A stretch of 57,628 nt of DNA from a virus. Its lineage: Duplodnaviria; Caudoviricetes. The notes beneath the pieces were generated by a model that saw only the letters and a list, made by a program, of their open reading frames with translations, was not told where the DNA came from and ran no database searches. The stretch is taken from positions 1-57,628 of the IMG/VR virus record IMGVR_UViG_3300048833_000443; one strand, 5' to 3'. Position numbers and translations under genes: made by a program. This document shows positions 26,064 to 35,287 of the stretch, one piece after another. Every line of letters begins with the position of its first letter. Position 1 is the stretch's first letter.

Positions 26064-27949
26064 GCCGCCCACAGCGGCGTGTTCTCGATGGTGCTGATCT
26101 CGGCATCGTACGCCGAGGTGTCTTGGCCCTGTGCTGCGAGAACGGCCCGATCACGGACCAACTCCTCGAGGCGCTCGGCCTTCTCGTAGAGACGCATGAT
26201 CTGCTTCTCTTCGACTGTGCCTGGCGATACGACGTCGATGATGTGGACGTGATCGCCGTGAACCTCGGAGCCGATGCGGTGCACCCGGTCCTCGGCTTGC
26301 TTGTTCTCCAGCATCGACCAGCTCCGCTGCAGGAAGACGATCGTGTCGGCCTGCGCCTGCAGTCCATCGAGTCCAGTCCCGCCGGCCTTGATCGTGAAGA
26401 GGAAGACCCGAGCCTTACCTGCGATCCAGTCGGCCTTCGCAGCCTCGCGCTGGTCGTCGGTCATCCCGCCCACGATCTTGCGGTACGGCACGCCCTGCTT
26501 GTCGAGGCGGGCGCAGGCGAGCTCGATCAGCTGCCGCGACTCAGCGCACACGACGAACGGCTTGGCGATGTCGGTGAGCAAGCCATCGAGGACGTCCAGC
26601 TTGGACGAAGGATCGGTGAGTCGGACCTCACCGGCCTCGTTCACTTCGCAGTACGCACTGGAGAACTGCAGGAGGCGCGTGTTGGTGGTCAGGTTGTTGG
26701 TGGAGATGACCGCGTTGCCATCGTCATCGAACATCACCATGTCCTTCTCCATCGAGCGGTACGCACGCTCCTGCTTGGCTGACATCTCAGCGTAGCGAAC
26801 GTCACGCACCTTCGAAGGCAGGTACTTGAGCACGAGCTCCTTGGGCATCCGTCGGAACCGAGGATCGAGGATGCGGAAGAACTCATCCCGAGTGTCGGGG
26901 CGAACGCCGATGATGTCGAGCCCGCCGAAGTCGTTCCAGCTCATCAGAGCGTAGCGGTCGAGGTACGAGGTCTTGGTCGGGTAGTCCTCAGGAGCGATGC
27001 CGTGCATGATGGGCCACAGGTCGCCGATGTGGTCGGCGATCGGCGTGCCGGTGAGCGCCCAGGAGTACCACACCGAGTCTTGGTGCTGCACCGCCCAGAT
27101 CCCTCGGGTCTGCTTGGACTTGGGATCCTTCATGCGGTGCGCCTCGTCGACGACCACGGTGGTCCACGGGACGCGGTTCAGCTCACGCTCGTGAACCTCA
27201 CACTTGGACTCAGGGACTGCGTCATCGTCGCCGTCCTTCGGGCCGCCGTGCTGCGGGCAGCGCTTCAAGCGGATGCTCCCGTAGCCTGCGAGCCGGGAGT
27301 GAAGACGCACACTCTCCCAGTTGATGATCACGGCGACGGGCTGTCCGTCGGCGATCAGCTTCTCCGCCTCCTCGAACAGCTTGCGTCGCTTGGTGGCTGA
27401 CCCGGTCACGACGAAGACGGTGACGTGCGGAGCCCACTTGGCGAACTCGCCTGCCCAGCCCTTGCCACTCTTGATGGACCCCTTCGTCGAGTTGGGGACG
27501 ATGCCGATGAACGGCCAGGGCCATCCACCAAGCGCTTCGACTCGAAGGAGTGCCGCGATGACTTGCACCGTCTTGCCGGTGCCCATGTCATCGCCGAGGA
27601 GACCACGTTGCGCGGTGACGAGCCACAGCGTGCCAGGGTCTTGGAACTCGAGCAGCTTATCTCCGAGGAAGCTGTCGACACGGCGGGTCTCTGCACGCAG
27701 CTGGTTGGAGGGCGTGATGCGGTTCGTCATCTCTTGGTTCGCCCAGGTGACCAGGTCTGGGCCGATGGTCAGGTCCTGCCCGAACACACCTCGCATGGTC
27801 TGGCACGTGCCCCAGGAGAGGGGGAACGTCCACACCTTGCGCTGGCCGTTCCAGCGCGCGCCTGGGACCTGCTTGATGCGGTCCTTGTCTCGGTACTCAG
27901 TGTCAACGATGATGAGACCCTCATCGATGACTGCCTCAGCGTGTGGCAC
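26060..27949 (-). CDS. SNF2-family SF2 helicase
   Basis: DDMGTGKT, DEAH, LTGTP, GGTGLDGLQ, QAEDRVHRIG. Confidence 0.95.
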   Translation of the reverse strand: MPHAEAVIDEGLIIVDTEYRDKDRIKQVPGARWNGQRKVWTFPLSWGTCQTMRGVFGQDLTIGPDLVTWANQEMTNRITPSNQLRAETRRVDSFLGDKLLEFQDPGTLWLVTAQRGLLGDDMGTGKTVQVIAALLRVEALGGWPWPFIGIVPNSTKGSIKSGKGWAGEFAKWAPHVTVFVVTGSATKRRKLFEEAEKLIADGQPVAVIINWESVRLHSRLAGYGSIRLKRCPQHGGPKDGDDDAVPESKCEVHERELNRVPWTTVVVDEAHRMKDPKSKQTRGIWAVQHQDSVWYSWALTGTPIADHIGDLWPIMHGIAPEDYPTKTSYLDRYALMSWNDFGGLDIIGVRPDTRDEFFRILDPRFRRMPKELVLKYLPSKVRDVRYAEMSAKQERAYRSMEKDMVMFDDDGNAVISTNNLTTNTRLLQFSSAYCEVNEAGEVRLTDPSSKLDVLDGLLTDIAKPFVVCAESRQLIELACARLDKQGVPYRKIVGGMTDDQREAAKADWIAGKARVFLFTIKAGGTGLDGLQAQADTIVFLQRSWSMLENKQAEDRVHRIGSEVHGDHVHIIDVVSPGTVEEKQIMRLYEKAERLEELVRDRAVLAAQGQDTSAYDAEISTIENTPLWAA

Positions 27950-28024
27950 CTTGCGTCCTCCGTCGATCCGTCGAGCTCACTGTAACAGGAATCGCAGCGG
28001 CTGTTGTGCACACTGCGATGAGGA

Positions 28025-28060
28025 AGGCCCGGACCAGGGAGCAACCCCCAGTCCGGGCCT
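28025..28060 (-). terminator. Hairpin terminator
   Basis: AGGCCCGGAC...GTCCGGGCCT after the 28070 stop. Confidence 0.6.
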
Positions 28061-28069
28061 CAGCCTTCG

Positions 28070-28312
28070 TCAGATCACCTTGATGCTAGCGATCTTGTTG
28101 GCTCGGTGCGCCTCACGGTGCGTGACCCGGTCGACCTCGACGAAGCCGAGACTCTCCAGGTAGAGCACCACAACGCTCACCGCCTTGTACGGGACTTCCG
28201 ACTCATGAGCGAGATTCCCGAGCACCTCGCCGGCATCGCCCTGGGAGTAGACACCCTCATGTTCGAGGATGACATCCAGGACCTTGCTGGCGTACTCATC
28301 GATCTTGGCCAT
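28070..28312 (-). CDS. Small winged-helix-like protein with its own promoter and terminator
   Basis: LAHESEVPYKAVSVVVLYLESLGFVEV; leader variant. Confidence 0.65.
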   Translation of the reverse strand: MAKIDEYASKVLDVILEHEGVYSQGDAGEVLGNLAHESEVPYKAVSVVVLYLESLGFVEVDRVTHREAHRANKIASIKVI

Positions 28313-28353
28313 CTTCGTCTCTCCGTCCTGCCGGGTACTTCCCGACGAAGTCA

Positions 28354-28383
28354 AGTTTACCACAACGACTTGCGCTGTGTCAA
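28354..28383 (-). promoter_or_regulatory. SigA-type promoter P7
   Basis: TTGACA-18nt-TAAACT with TG extension. Confidence 0.75.
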
Positions 28384-28832
28384 CTCATTCCTACGAGAAC
28401 GCCGCGACGTGCCAGAGCGATCATCACCTGGCGCGTCGCGTCATTGTGGTGCCCGCCTCCACCCTTCGTCCACCAGCCGGCGTTGCGCAGCTTCTCATTG
28501 GTGGAGAACCGCTTGGCCTCCGACGCACCCGTGAGCTCAAACACATGATCGTACCGACGAGCGAGCCAACGTAGGACGCCGATCTGCTCGAGGCTCCACT
28601 GGCGGTCGCCCTGCGCCTTCTTGGCGGTGTTCATCGTGATGCGGAAGTCCTCGCATGCGATGACGCCGTGGACGTCCGCTCGCCACAGCCGCTCGGCCCA
28701 GTCCTGCGCGTGGTCGAGGAAGACGTCCATAGGCATCTCCTTCGCGCCGACCCAGGTCCCAGCGTCGTAGCGAGACACGCCGGTCATCTTCCCTGGGTCG
28801 GCACCTAGGATCCAGACGGGGTCACTCGACAT
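28380..28832 (-). CDS. RuvC-like Holliday junction resolvase
   Basis: ILGADPGKMTG, IACEDF, EQIG, HHNDA. Confidence 0.8.
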   Translation of the reverse strand: MSSDPVWILGADPGKMTGVSRYDAGTWVGAKEMPMDVFLDHAQDWAERLWRADVHGVIACEDFRITMNTAKKAQGDRQWSLEQIGVLRWLARRYDHVFELTGASEAKRFSTNEKLRNAGWWTKGGGGHHNDATRQVMIALARRGVLVGMS

Positions 28833-29265
28833 CGAGCTCAACCGTACCAGAGGGCACGGCTGGGCGCGGCATGACACCCCACGCTTCGATGGCGGACTCG
28901 CCCACGTCCATCAGGGTGGTGATGCACTTGCCGATGGCTTGCTGCGCCTTCGCCTCGAGGATGCGAGCGTCGCGGTCACGTCGTGCGCCAAGAGCATCAC
29001 CTCCGAGTTCTCGATGAGCCTCGGCAGCAGCTCTTGCTTCAGCTGCACCTCGCATGAACTCCACGGCCCGATCGAGGTACTGCTCCACCTGGCGACGGGG
29101 CAGGTCATAGTCCTTCATGACGCCTGTGTGCGATGGCAGCCCACCTGGCTGGCTGCCGAACTTGTCGTCGATGTATGACTGCTCGGCGGCCAGCCACTTG
29201 AGGAGTTCGTAGCGACCACGGCGGCCACCCGTTGGGAGAACGATGTCTCCGTACCAGTGCCCCAT
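28822..29265 (-). CDS. Hypothetical all-alpha protein (possibly MazG-like)
   Basis: EQSY...KFG...YLDRA...GK pattern; lies directly after thyX. Confidence 0.55.
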   Translation of the reverse strand: MGHWYGDIVLPTGGRRGRYELLKWLAAEQSYIDDKFGSQPGGLPSHTGVMKDYDLPRRQVEQYLDRAVEFMRGAAEARAAAEAHRELGGDALGARRDRDARILEAKAQQAIGKCITTLMDVGESAIEAWGVMPRPAVPSGTVELDVE

Positions 29266-29267
29266 CG

Positions 29268-30122
29268 TCAGACCTTGCGGGTCCCGGGGATCCACTCGCC
29301 GTCGGCGTTGACCTCGTAGTCCGCGAACAGGAGGGGGCACTCGTGACGCATGCGCTCAGCCACCTGCTGGAACACGATGCGGATCTCCTCCTCCGCCGCC
29401 AGGCTCGTGCGCATCTCGATGACGTGCCGCAGCGTGCGGATGTTCGCCGACCAGGTCATCATCGTGGAGAGACCGATCGGGGCCAGCCGGCGCAGCGCCG
29501 ACGTGACTTCCTTCTTGTAGTGGAACGGCACGCCCTCGTCGTCCAACCCGAAGGCTTCGGCAGCCTTCATCTGAAAGTCCTCGAGCAGCTCAACGATGTT
29601 GACGATCGCCTCAGCCATCGGCCGTGCGTTGACCACTCCCGTGTCGTCGGGATCGCGGTCGTGGATGATCTTGCTCGGATCGTTGAGGATTGGCGGGATG
29701 CGCACGCCCAGGTCGGTGAGGCGGACGTACCGCAGCGACTCCTGGGAGATGGCGACGCCGGTTCGATGACGCACCAGCTCGTGGGTGAAGACCCGGGACA
29801 CGTCCTGGAACACGAAGGTGAACTGCGCGTGCTCCAGCACCGAGCCGTGGCCGACGTCGATGATGTTACGCAGGTACTCACCGGTGTCCTCTCGAACCTT
29901 GGTGACGTTGGCGTTGAGGCCGGCGTCCCAGGATCGGTAGCAGCCACGGCCGGCGAACTCCACGAGGAGCTCAGGGTCCGACGCAACCGCCGGGGTCTTG
30001 AGGGTCGGCCCGACACGGCTGAGCCACGCCTCACCACCCACGTCGTTGAGGTACCGCGCCACCTCGCCCCAGTTGAGCTGAGGCTGTGCGATGAGGTACA
30101 CGGCAGGAGTCGTCTCGCGCAT
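29268..30122 (-). CDS. thyX: Flavin-dependent thymidylate synthase
   Basis: GHGSVLEH, SRVFTHELVRHRTGVAISQESLRY, NIRTLRH, EEEIR. Confidence 0.97.
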   Translation of the reverse strand: MRETTPAVYLIAQPQLNWGEVARYLNDVGGEAWLSRVGPTLKTPAVASDPELLVEFAGRGCYRSWDAGLNANVTKVREDTGEYLRNIIDVGHGSVLEHAQFTFVFQDVSRVFTHELVRHRTGVAISQESLRYVRLTDLGVRIPPILNDPSKIIHDRDPDDTGVVNARPMAEAIVNIVELLEDFQMKAAEAFGLDDEGVPFHYKKEVTSALRRLAPIGLSTMMTWSANIRTLRHVIEMRTSLAAEEEIRIVFQQVAERMRHECPLLFADYEVNADGEWIPGTRKV

Positions 30123-30124
30123 GG

Positions 30125-31900
30125 TTAGCTTCCCTTCATGCCCCAACGTGGGGCGATGTCTACGCCCGCAGTCAGCGGGACGGTGAATAGATCGCGCTCT
30201 TCCATGACGTCGCGGATAGTCACGGAGACGTCCTGGACGAGGTCCGCCGGCACGTCGAAGATGACCTCGTCGTGCACGGGCAAGATCATGTAGTCGCCAA
30301 GGCCGGCGTTGTCGAGCTCCACCAGCTTGCGCTTGAGCACCTCGGCGGCTGTGCCTTGGATCAGGTAGTTCACGAGGGCGTACTCCTTGCCCTCATCCGC
30401 GACGTGGCGGCGGCCCGTGAGGGGGCTGACCACGTACGACTGCCCTTCGACGGATCGTCGCTGCTTGGCGACCTGATCCACGGCGCGCTGGAACGTCTTG
30501 ATGCCCGGGAACTTGCTGTGAAGCGCATCCCAGAACGGCTTGCCCTGCGTCTCCTCGATGCCGGCGGTCATGCAGAACTTCCGGAGGCCTGACCCGTAGG
30601 CGATGGCGTAGATGGCGTTCTTCGTCAGCTGCCGACGCGGATCCTTCTTCTCAATGGTCGGGTCGCCGTAGATCTCACGAGCCAGGTTGGTGAAGAAGTC
30701 TCCTTCAGCGAATGCCGCTCGCATGCCTTCGTCGCCGCAGAGGTGAGCGAACATGCGAGCCTCGATCTGATCGAAGTCGCACATCACGAGCAGGTTCCCG
30801 TCTCGTGGGATGAAGCAGTTGCGCACTGCGATGGCAAGTGGGTTGTCGTCGGACTTGCGAGGCAGCGTCTGAAGAGCCGGGGTGTCTACGCTCATGCGAC
30901 TCGTGCGAGCCTCACACGTGTTGATGTTCGGGTGAAGGAAGCCGTCCTCATCTGCGAACGCGAGGAAGTTCTCGAGGTAGGTGCCGGCGAGCTTGCGCGT
31001 TCGTCGGTACTGCAGGACCGCAGCTGCGAGCGGGTGTCCCAGGTTTGCCTCGAGGACCTCGGCATCGAGTGCGAGGCGCTTGCCACTCTGCGTCATCTTG
31101 GTCAGGTGGCAGCCGTCGGCCTGCAGCCGCTCGATGATCTTGACATCCGAGCCTGGTGTGAGGTCGTAGTGCTCGCCGGTCCAGTGCTCGACCTCGGCGA
31201 GGTTGACGTGGAACGCGTTGAGCGTTCCTTGGGTGAAGTCCCGGTCGATGCGAGCGCCCTTCTGCTCCATCGCCAGTGCGATCCACTGGGCCGCCATCTC
31301 AAGCTCGTACGCGACTCGTGGGCCGGCGTCGAGCAGCGGCTGGAAGTGGTCGAAGATGCGACACGTCAGCACCGTGTCGAGCCCGCCGTAGAACCAATAC
31401 CAGTGGAAGTCCACGGGCACGGTCGCCCACGTCCACTTGTTGTCCGCCATGGCGTCGTGGAGGACCTGCTGGGCGGCGGCAGCACGGCGGTCGATGTACT
31501 TGGCCGTGAGTGACTTGAGGGCGGCGGACTGCGTCGAGTCGATGACCCGCGCCATCATCATCGTGTCGTGGATCCTCGAGCGATCGAGCTTGTGTCCGAG
31601 CTCGCGTTCGATCAGCGCGGTGTCGTACTTGGCGTTGTGCATGACGATGTCACAGCCGACGCGGTCCAGCGCCTCGATGGCGACGCCGCCCCACCGATCG
31701 AACGGGATGGCCCAAGCTTGGTTGCGATCCCCGAACTGGATGAGACGGATGCGGTCCTTGAACTTGTCAAGGCCGGTCGTCTCGGTGTCGACACCGATGA
31801 CGTCGTGCGGCTCGGAGATCCACTGCATGAACCTCGTCGCCATGAGCACCGAGTCCACGAAGTGAACGTTCACGTTGGAGAGTGCGGACGCCTCGGTCAT
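30125..31900 (-). CDS. polA: Family A DNA polymerase with 3'-5' exonuclease
   Basis: DTETTG, HNAKYD, DFDQIEAR, RQLTKNAIYAIAYG, NYLIQGTAAE, VHDE. Confidence 0.97.
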   Translation of the reverse strand: MTEASALSNVNVHFVDSVLMATRFMQWISEPHDVIGVDTETTGLDKFKDRIRLIQFGDRNQAWAIPFDRWGGVAIEALDRVGCDIVMHNAKYDTALIERELGHKLDRSRIHDTMMMARVIDSTQSAALKSLTAKYIDRRAAAAQQVLHDAMADNKWTWATVPVDFHWYWFYGGLDTVLTCRIFDHFQPLLDAGPRVAYELEMAAQWIALAMEQKGARIDRDFTQGTLNAFHVNLAEVEHWTGEHYDLTPGSDVKIIERLQADGCHLTKMTQSGKRLALDAEVLEANLGHPLAAAVLQYRRTRKLAGTYLENFLAFADEDGFLHPNINTCEARTSRMSVDTPALQTLPRKSDDNPLAIAVRNCFIPRDGNLLVMCDFDQIEARMFAHLCGDEGMRAAFAEGDFFTNLAREIYGDPTIEKKDPRRQLTKNAIYAIAYGSGLRKFCMTAGIEETQGKPFWDALHSKFPGIKTFQRAVDQVAKQRRSVEGQSYVVSPLTGRRHVADEGKEYALVNYLIQGTAAEVLKRKLVELDNAGLGDYMILPVHDEVIFDVPADLVQDVSVTIRDVMEERDLFTVPLTAGVDIAPRWGMKGS

Positions 31901-32406
31901 GTCAACTCCAGAACGTGAAGGCCTGAGTCCTTGAGGAGCTTGATGCTGCCGCTCGGGTCGCGATGCTTGTCCCGCTCCTCGACCCGCATGACGACCATCC
32001 GTAGCCCGGAGTTCGCCACAAGCTTGGCGCACGTCCGGCACACAGCGCTCGTGACGTAGATCGCGCCGCCCTCACGCTCGCGCCGGTCACAGAACATCAG
32101 GGCGTTGGCCTCGGCGTGGATCGTCAGGCAGTCGTCGTAGTGGATGCCCGGTACGGCATCGGGTTGCGCTCGCGGGCAATCCACCTCGCACGAGGGGTTG
32201 CGCCGCATAGGGCGGATCGCAGACCCTGGCCGAAGCGGCGTCGTGAGACCGGCGGGGAAGCCGTTGTACCCGGTTGCCACGACGCGGTTGGTCGGGTCGA
32301 CGATGACGGCTCCGATCTGGCGCCTGGAACATGGCGATCGCTTGGCGATGACGTCGGCCACCTCCATCCACGTCTCCGACCAGTCGGGTCGGTCTGGGTA
32401 GATCAT
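31897..32406 (-). CDS. dCMP deaminase
   Basis: RSPCSRRQIGAVIV, TGYNG, HAEANA, CRTC. Confidence 0.92.
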   Translation of the reverse strand: MIYPDRPDWSETWMEVADVIAKRSPCSRRQIGAVIVDPTNRVVATGYNGFPAGLTTPLRPGSAIRPMRRNPSCEVDCPRAQPDAVPGIHYDDCLTIHAEANALMFCDRREREGGAIYVTSAVCRTCAKLVANSGLRMVVMRVEERDKHRDPSGSIKLLKDSGLHVLELT

Positions 32407-33275
32407 CGGACGAACTCGTTGAGAGAGTCGCGCCACCAAGGATGCGGCGTTGCGTAGGTGTCCTCATCGCGCTGCTCGAGAAGGATCTGTGCGTCGTCCT
32501 CGAGGTGGCGCCACGGCGAGAAGGCCGACCCGAGGTCGCGGATGCCTCGTGGCGTGTTCGGTCGTGATGCGGCGGCGGGGTACTTGAGCATGCCGATCGC
32601 AGGGAAGTCGCGCTCGTAGGCGTGGAGGCTGACGGCGTGGTGGTAGTACGAGCCGGCCTGCACACCCAGGGAGTGGGCAACCGTCAGCTGCAGCTGCGTG
32701 AACTGGAACGCGTCGTACGCGAGTCCCCACCACACGTCGTTGGATCGCATGGTGACGTGAAGCTGCAGCTTCCCCTCACGGATGAGGAACATCAGCATCG
32801 TGGTGCACGGGTAGTCGTGCTTACCATCGAAGTTGAGGTCGAGCTCCGGTCGCCACAAGACGATGAGGGCCTGTCGACTGTCGGGATCACGCTTGAGACG
32901 GGCGACGACGATCTCAGCTTGGTGCACGTCGTCTCCCTCACCACGGCTGTCGAGTCGGACACGATCGCCGTACGCGCCCCAGAACCGGCCGCCGTCCATG
33001 AACTGCTCGAAGTTCTTGGAGATGCGGACCATCAGCTCGGGATCGGACCGACCGCCGATGAGCTGCAACGCCTCGGCGGCGGCGATGGCGGGGTTGAGCT
33101 TGCGGCCCACGCCGATCGGCAACACGTCGGTGGGGTCCAAGACCTCGATGGTCACGTCCGTCAGCTCATGGGTGAGCAGCCCGCGAGGTCGGACGCTGCG
33201 CCCCTCCAGGACGACGCGTCGACACACGTCCACGTAACCGGCGCGAAGGTTGGGAACGGTCATGCTGGTCGCCAT
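32403..33275 (-). CDS. Thymidylate synthase homolog, dCMP-specific type (probable dCMP hydroxymethylase or related C5-modifier)
   Basis: GAYG, DPDSRQA, catalytic PCT, MRSNDVWWGLAYD (Asp at the ThyA Asn177 position), SLHAY. Confidence 0.8.
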   Translation of the reverse strand: MATSMTVPNLRAGYVDVCRRVVLEGRSVRPRGLLTHELTDVTIEVLDPTDVLPIGVGRKLNPAIAAAEALQLIGGRSDPELMVRISKNFEQFMDGGRFWGAYGDRVRLDSRGEGDDVHQAEIVVARLKRDPDSRQALIVLWRPELDLNFDGKHDYPCTTMLMFLIREGKLQLHVTMRSNDVWWGLAYDAFQFTQLQLTVAHSLGVQAGSYYHHAVSLHAYERDFPAIGMLKYPAAASRPNTPRGIRDLGSAFSPWRHLEDDAQILLEQRDEDTYATPHPWWRDSLNEFVR

Positions 33276-34234
33276 GAGCGAAGGTCCTCTCCAGTGTTGA
33301 GTGCTGAGATGATCGTGCGGGCGTAGAGCGCGCCGGACTTGTTGTGGAACCGCCGGATGTACTGCGGGTGCGGCACCGCACCAAGTGGAACGCGCCCGGT
33401 GAGTCCTCGCTCGTGCAAGGAGCGACACGCTGCCTCGTAGGCTGCGTTGCCCAGGGCGACGATCGGGGGCCGTGCCAGCGAGCACCACAGCTCGTAGACG
33501 TCCTCCTCACAAGCGTTGGCGATGCCGATCGAGGTCTCAGACCCGAGGACAGGTAGCAGGTGCTCGAGCATGAACCGCCCGGAGGTTGCGCCTGTTGGCA
33601 CGAACGCTGCGTGGTACGCCTCCGGGTCGTTGCGCCGCTCACCGAGGATCAGGTAGTCCGGAGCGCTCGATCCGATGTACGTGGTGAAGCGACGCAGGTG
33701 GTTCGTGTGCAGCCACCTGGAGTACGCGTCCTCCACGATCTCTTCGACCAGCGGGATCTTGTGATCGTGCCCAGTGCAGTTCTCAGGATCGGTGCAGCCA
33801 ACGTGCATGGTGGGCATCACGTCCGATGAGATGGCTGTCTCGTACGTGTCGTAGATCGCCGGCAGGTGCGTGACGTCCACCATGTCGTCGCCTCGAGCCG
33901 CCACTCTGTCGGCGATCAGCTCGAGAGGTGGACAGAGGTACACCACCATGGCGCCTCGAGCGACGAGGAACGCATCGATGTGCCAGCGCCCAACGACGTC
34001 TAGCTTCGACTCACCTCGGAAGATCGGTCCGTAGACCAGCTCTCCGATGTGCCAGCGATCGGCGATGATCGGCGTGACGCCGTCCCAATCCGCCAGACGC
34101 TCCTCGTACTCGGTGAACGGGTCGCTACGAAGCGGACCGCTGTGCAGCTCGATCGCGTCGGGCATCCGTGCCTTGAGCCTCGCAGCGAGCGTGGTCTTGC
34201 CGGCACCATCCGAGCCTTCGAGGATGATGATCAT
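33260..34234 (-). CDS. dNMP kinase fused to a uracil-DNA-glycosylase-like domain
   Basis: IILEGSDGAGKTT, IADRWHIGELVYG; C-terminal LILGE...AFVP...SG, VALGNAA, VPHPQY. Confidence 0.8.
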   Translation of the reverse strand: MIIILEGSDGAGKTTLAARLKARMPDAIELHSGPLRSDPFTEYEERLADWDGVTPIIADRWHIGELVYGPIFRGESKLDVVGRWHIDAFLVARGAMVVYLCPPLELIADRVAARGDDMVDVTHLPAIYDTYETAISSDVMPTMHVGCTDPENCTGHDHKIPLVEEIVEDAYSRWLHTNHLRRFTTYIGSSAPDYLILGERRNDPEAYHAAFVPTGATSGRFMLEHLLPVLGSETSIGIANACEEDVYELWCSLARPPIVALGNAAYEAACRSLHERGLTGRVPLGAVPHPQYIRRFHNKSGALYARTIISALNTGEDLRSWRPA

Positions 34235-34269
34235 CGTGTTGTCGTCCTTCCGTCATTCCGTCGTTGCGA

Positions 34270-34298
34270 ACCGTATCGCTAGGTTCGCGGCTGGTCAA
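34270..34298 (-). promoter_or_regulatory. SigA-type promoter P8 for the nucleotide metabolism/replication operon
   Basis: TTGACC-17nt-TACGGT followed by GACGGAAGGAC. Confidence 0.7.
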
Positions 34299-34666
34299 CT
34301 CGCTCGTGGTGTTAGATCCTCCGACATGAACGCATCGAGAATCGCCTGATCCTGAGCACCTGCGTCCAGGATCGCACGGCGGGACAGGGCGGTGATGTAC
34401 CGCACGTCGTCCTCGTCGTACTGATGCAGCTGCTCGACGGCGGCGGCGGCGGTGCCGCACACGTGCGCCCAGCACAGGTCCTTGTCGCCCTTGCGAGTTG
34501 AGCGTCCGATGCCAGCGACGACGTACTCGCCATCCACGGTCTTGTAGATGTACACCTCAGACCACCGCTCCTTCCCAGGAGCGTGGGAGGTGGAGCTGCC
34601 GAGCAGATCGCCGTCGAAGACCAGTTCACGGTCACGTGCACGTACGTGCTGTCGTCGGTCCGTCAT
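34295..34666 (-). CDS. Hypothetical protein (possibly leaderless)
   Basis: RWSEVYIYKT..G.YV; TAAGGT lies 7 nt before the ATG and there is no RBS. Confidence 0.7.
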   Translation of the reverse strand: MTDRRQHVRARDRELVFDGDLLGSSTSHAPGKERWSEVYIYKTVDGEYVVAGIGRSTRKGDKDLCWAHVCGTAAAAVEQLHQYDEDDVRYITALSRRAILDAGAQDQAILDAFMSEDLTPRAS

Positions 34667-34718
34667 GTCTGAGACCTTACCATCGTTCGACGCTGCACGA
34701 ACCTCATTCCCGTGGCCC

Positions 34719-34824
34719 TGCACGGTTTGCACGGTTTACACAGGTGTTCAGAAACTAGCCTTGTACGTACATACATGTAGATGAGTTACTAGACAAGCGT
34801 GCAACCGGTGCAACCTGTGCAGAC
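34719..34824. other. Origin-like element copy B: three plus three inverted 9-bp iteron-like repeats around an AT-rich core
   Basis: TGCACGGTT TGCACGGTT TACACAGG ... GTACGTAC ... GTGCAACCG GTGCAACCT GTGCAGAC. Confidence 0.65.
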
Positions 34825-34879
34825 CCGTTGTCTCAGCTAAGTCGATGCGCGGCACAGGCTGCACCGCCTGCACCGTTCG

Positions 34880-35287
34880 CTACGCCGCAAGAGCGTGATC
34901 GACACTCGCCGGAAGGGTCGCGGCGGTCTCACTGTCGCCAACGTGGCTGGCCACCACGGACTTGAGGGTGACGAGTGCGGCCATGAGTGCTGCCCAGCCG
35001 GCGGCCTTCGCGGAGGTGATCGTCACATCGAAGACCGGAGCGGCGAGGAGGAAGCCGATGAACGCCACCGCTGCGGAGCGCACGACACGGTACACGACAT
35101 CGAGTGCGAGGGGGACCTTGCCCAGGTTCGCTGGGAGACCGTTGGCGATGACAGTCAGCGCAGCCGGCAGCGCGGCGATCGCCAACTGCGTCGTGAAGGT
35201 GACGCGATCGGTCGCGATGACCAGGATCAGCAGGGACTGCACGTAGGTCCAGAAGACCTTCTCGAGCAGCTGGATGAAGGGTGTCAT
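34880..35287 (-). CDS. Holin (two tandem r1t-holin-like halves)
   Basis: Four hydrophobic segments; EKVFWTYVQ and YRVVRSAAV; C-terminal LKSVVASHVGD; lysis context. Confidence 0.7.
   Translation of the reverse strand: MTPFIQLLEKVFWTYVQSLLILVIATDRVTFTTQLAIAALPAALTVIANGLPANLGKVPLALDVVYRVVRSAAVAFIGFLLAAPVFDVTITSAKAAGWAALMAALVTLKSVVASHVGDSETAATLPASVDHALAA

Noticed and set aside
31897-33275. SPO1-type hmU pathway (deaminase plus dUMP hydroxymethylase)
   Set aside because: The specificity residue is Asp (dCMP type) and ThyX makes dTMP, which argues against replacing T; not fully excluded without an assay
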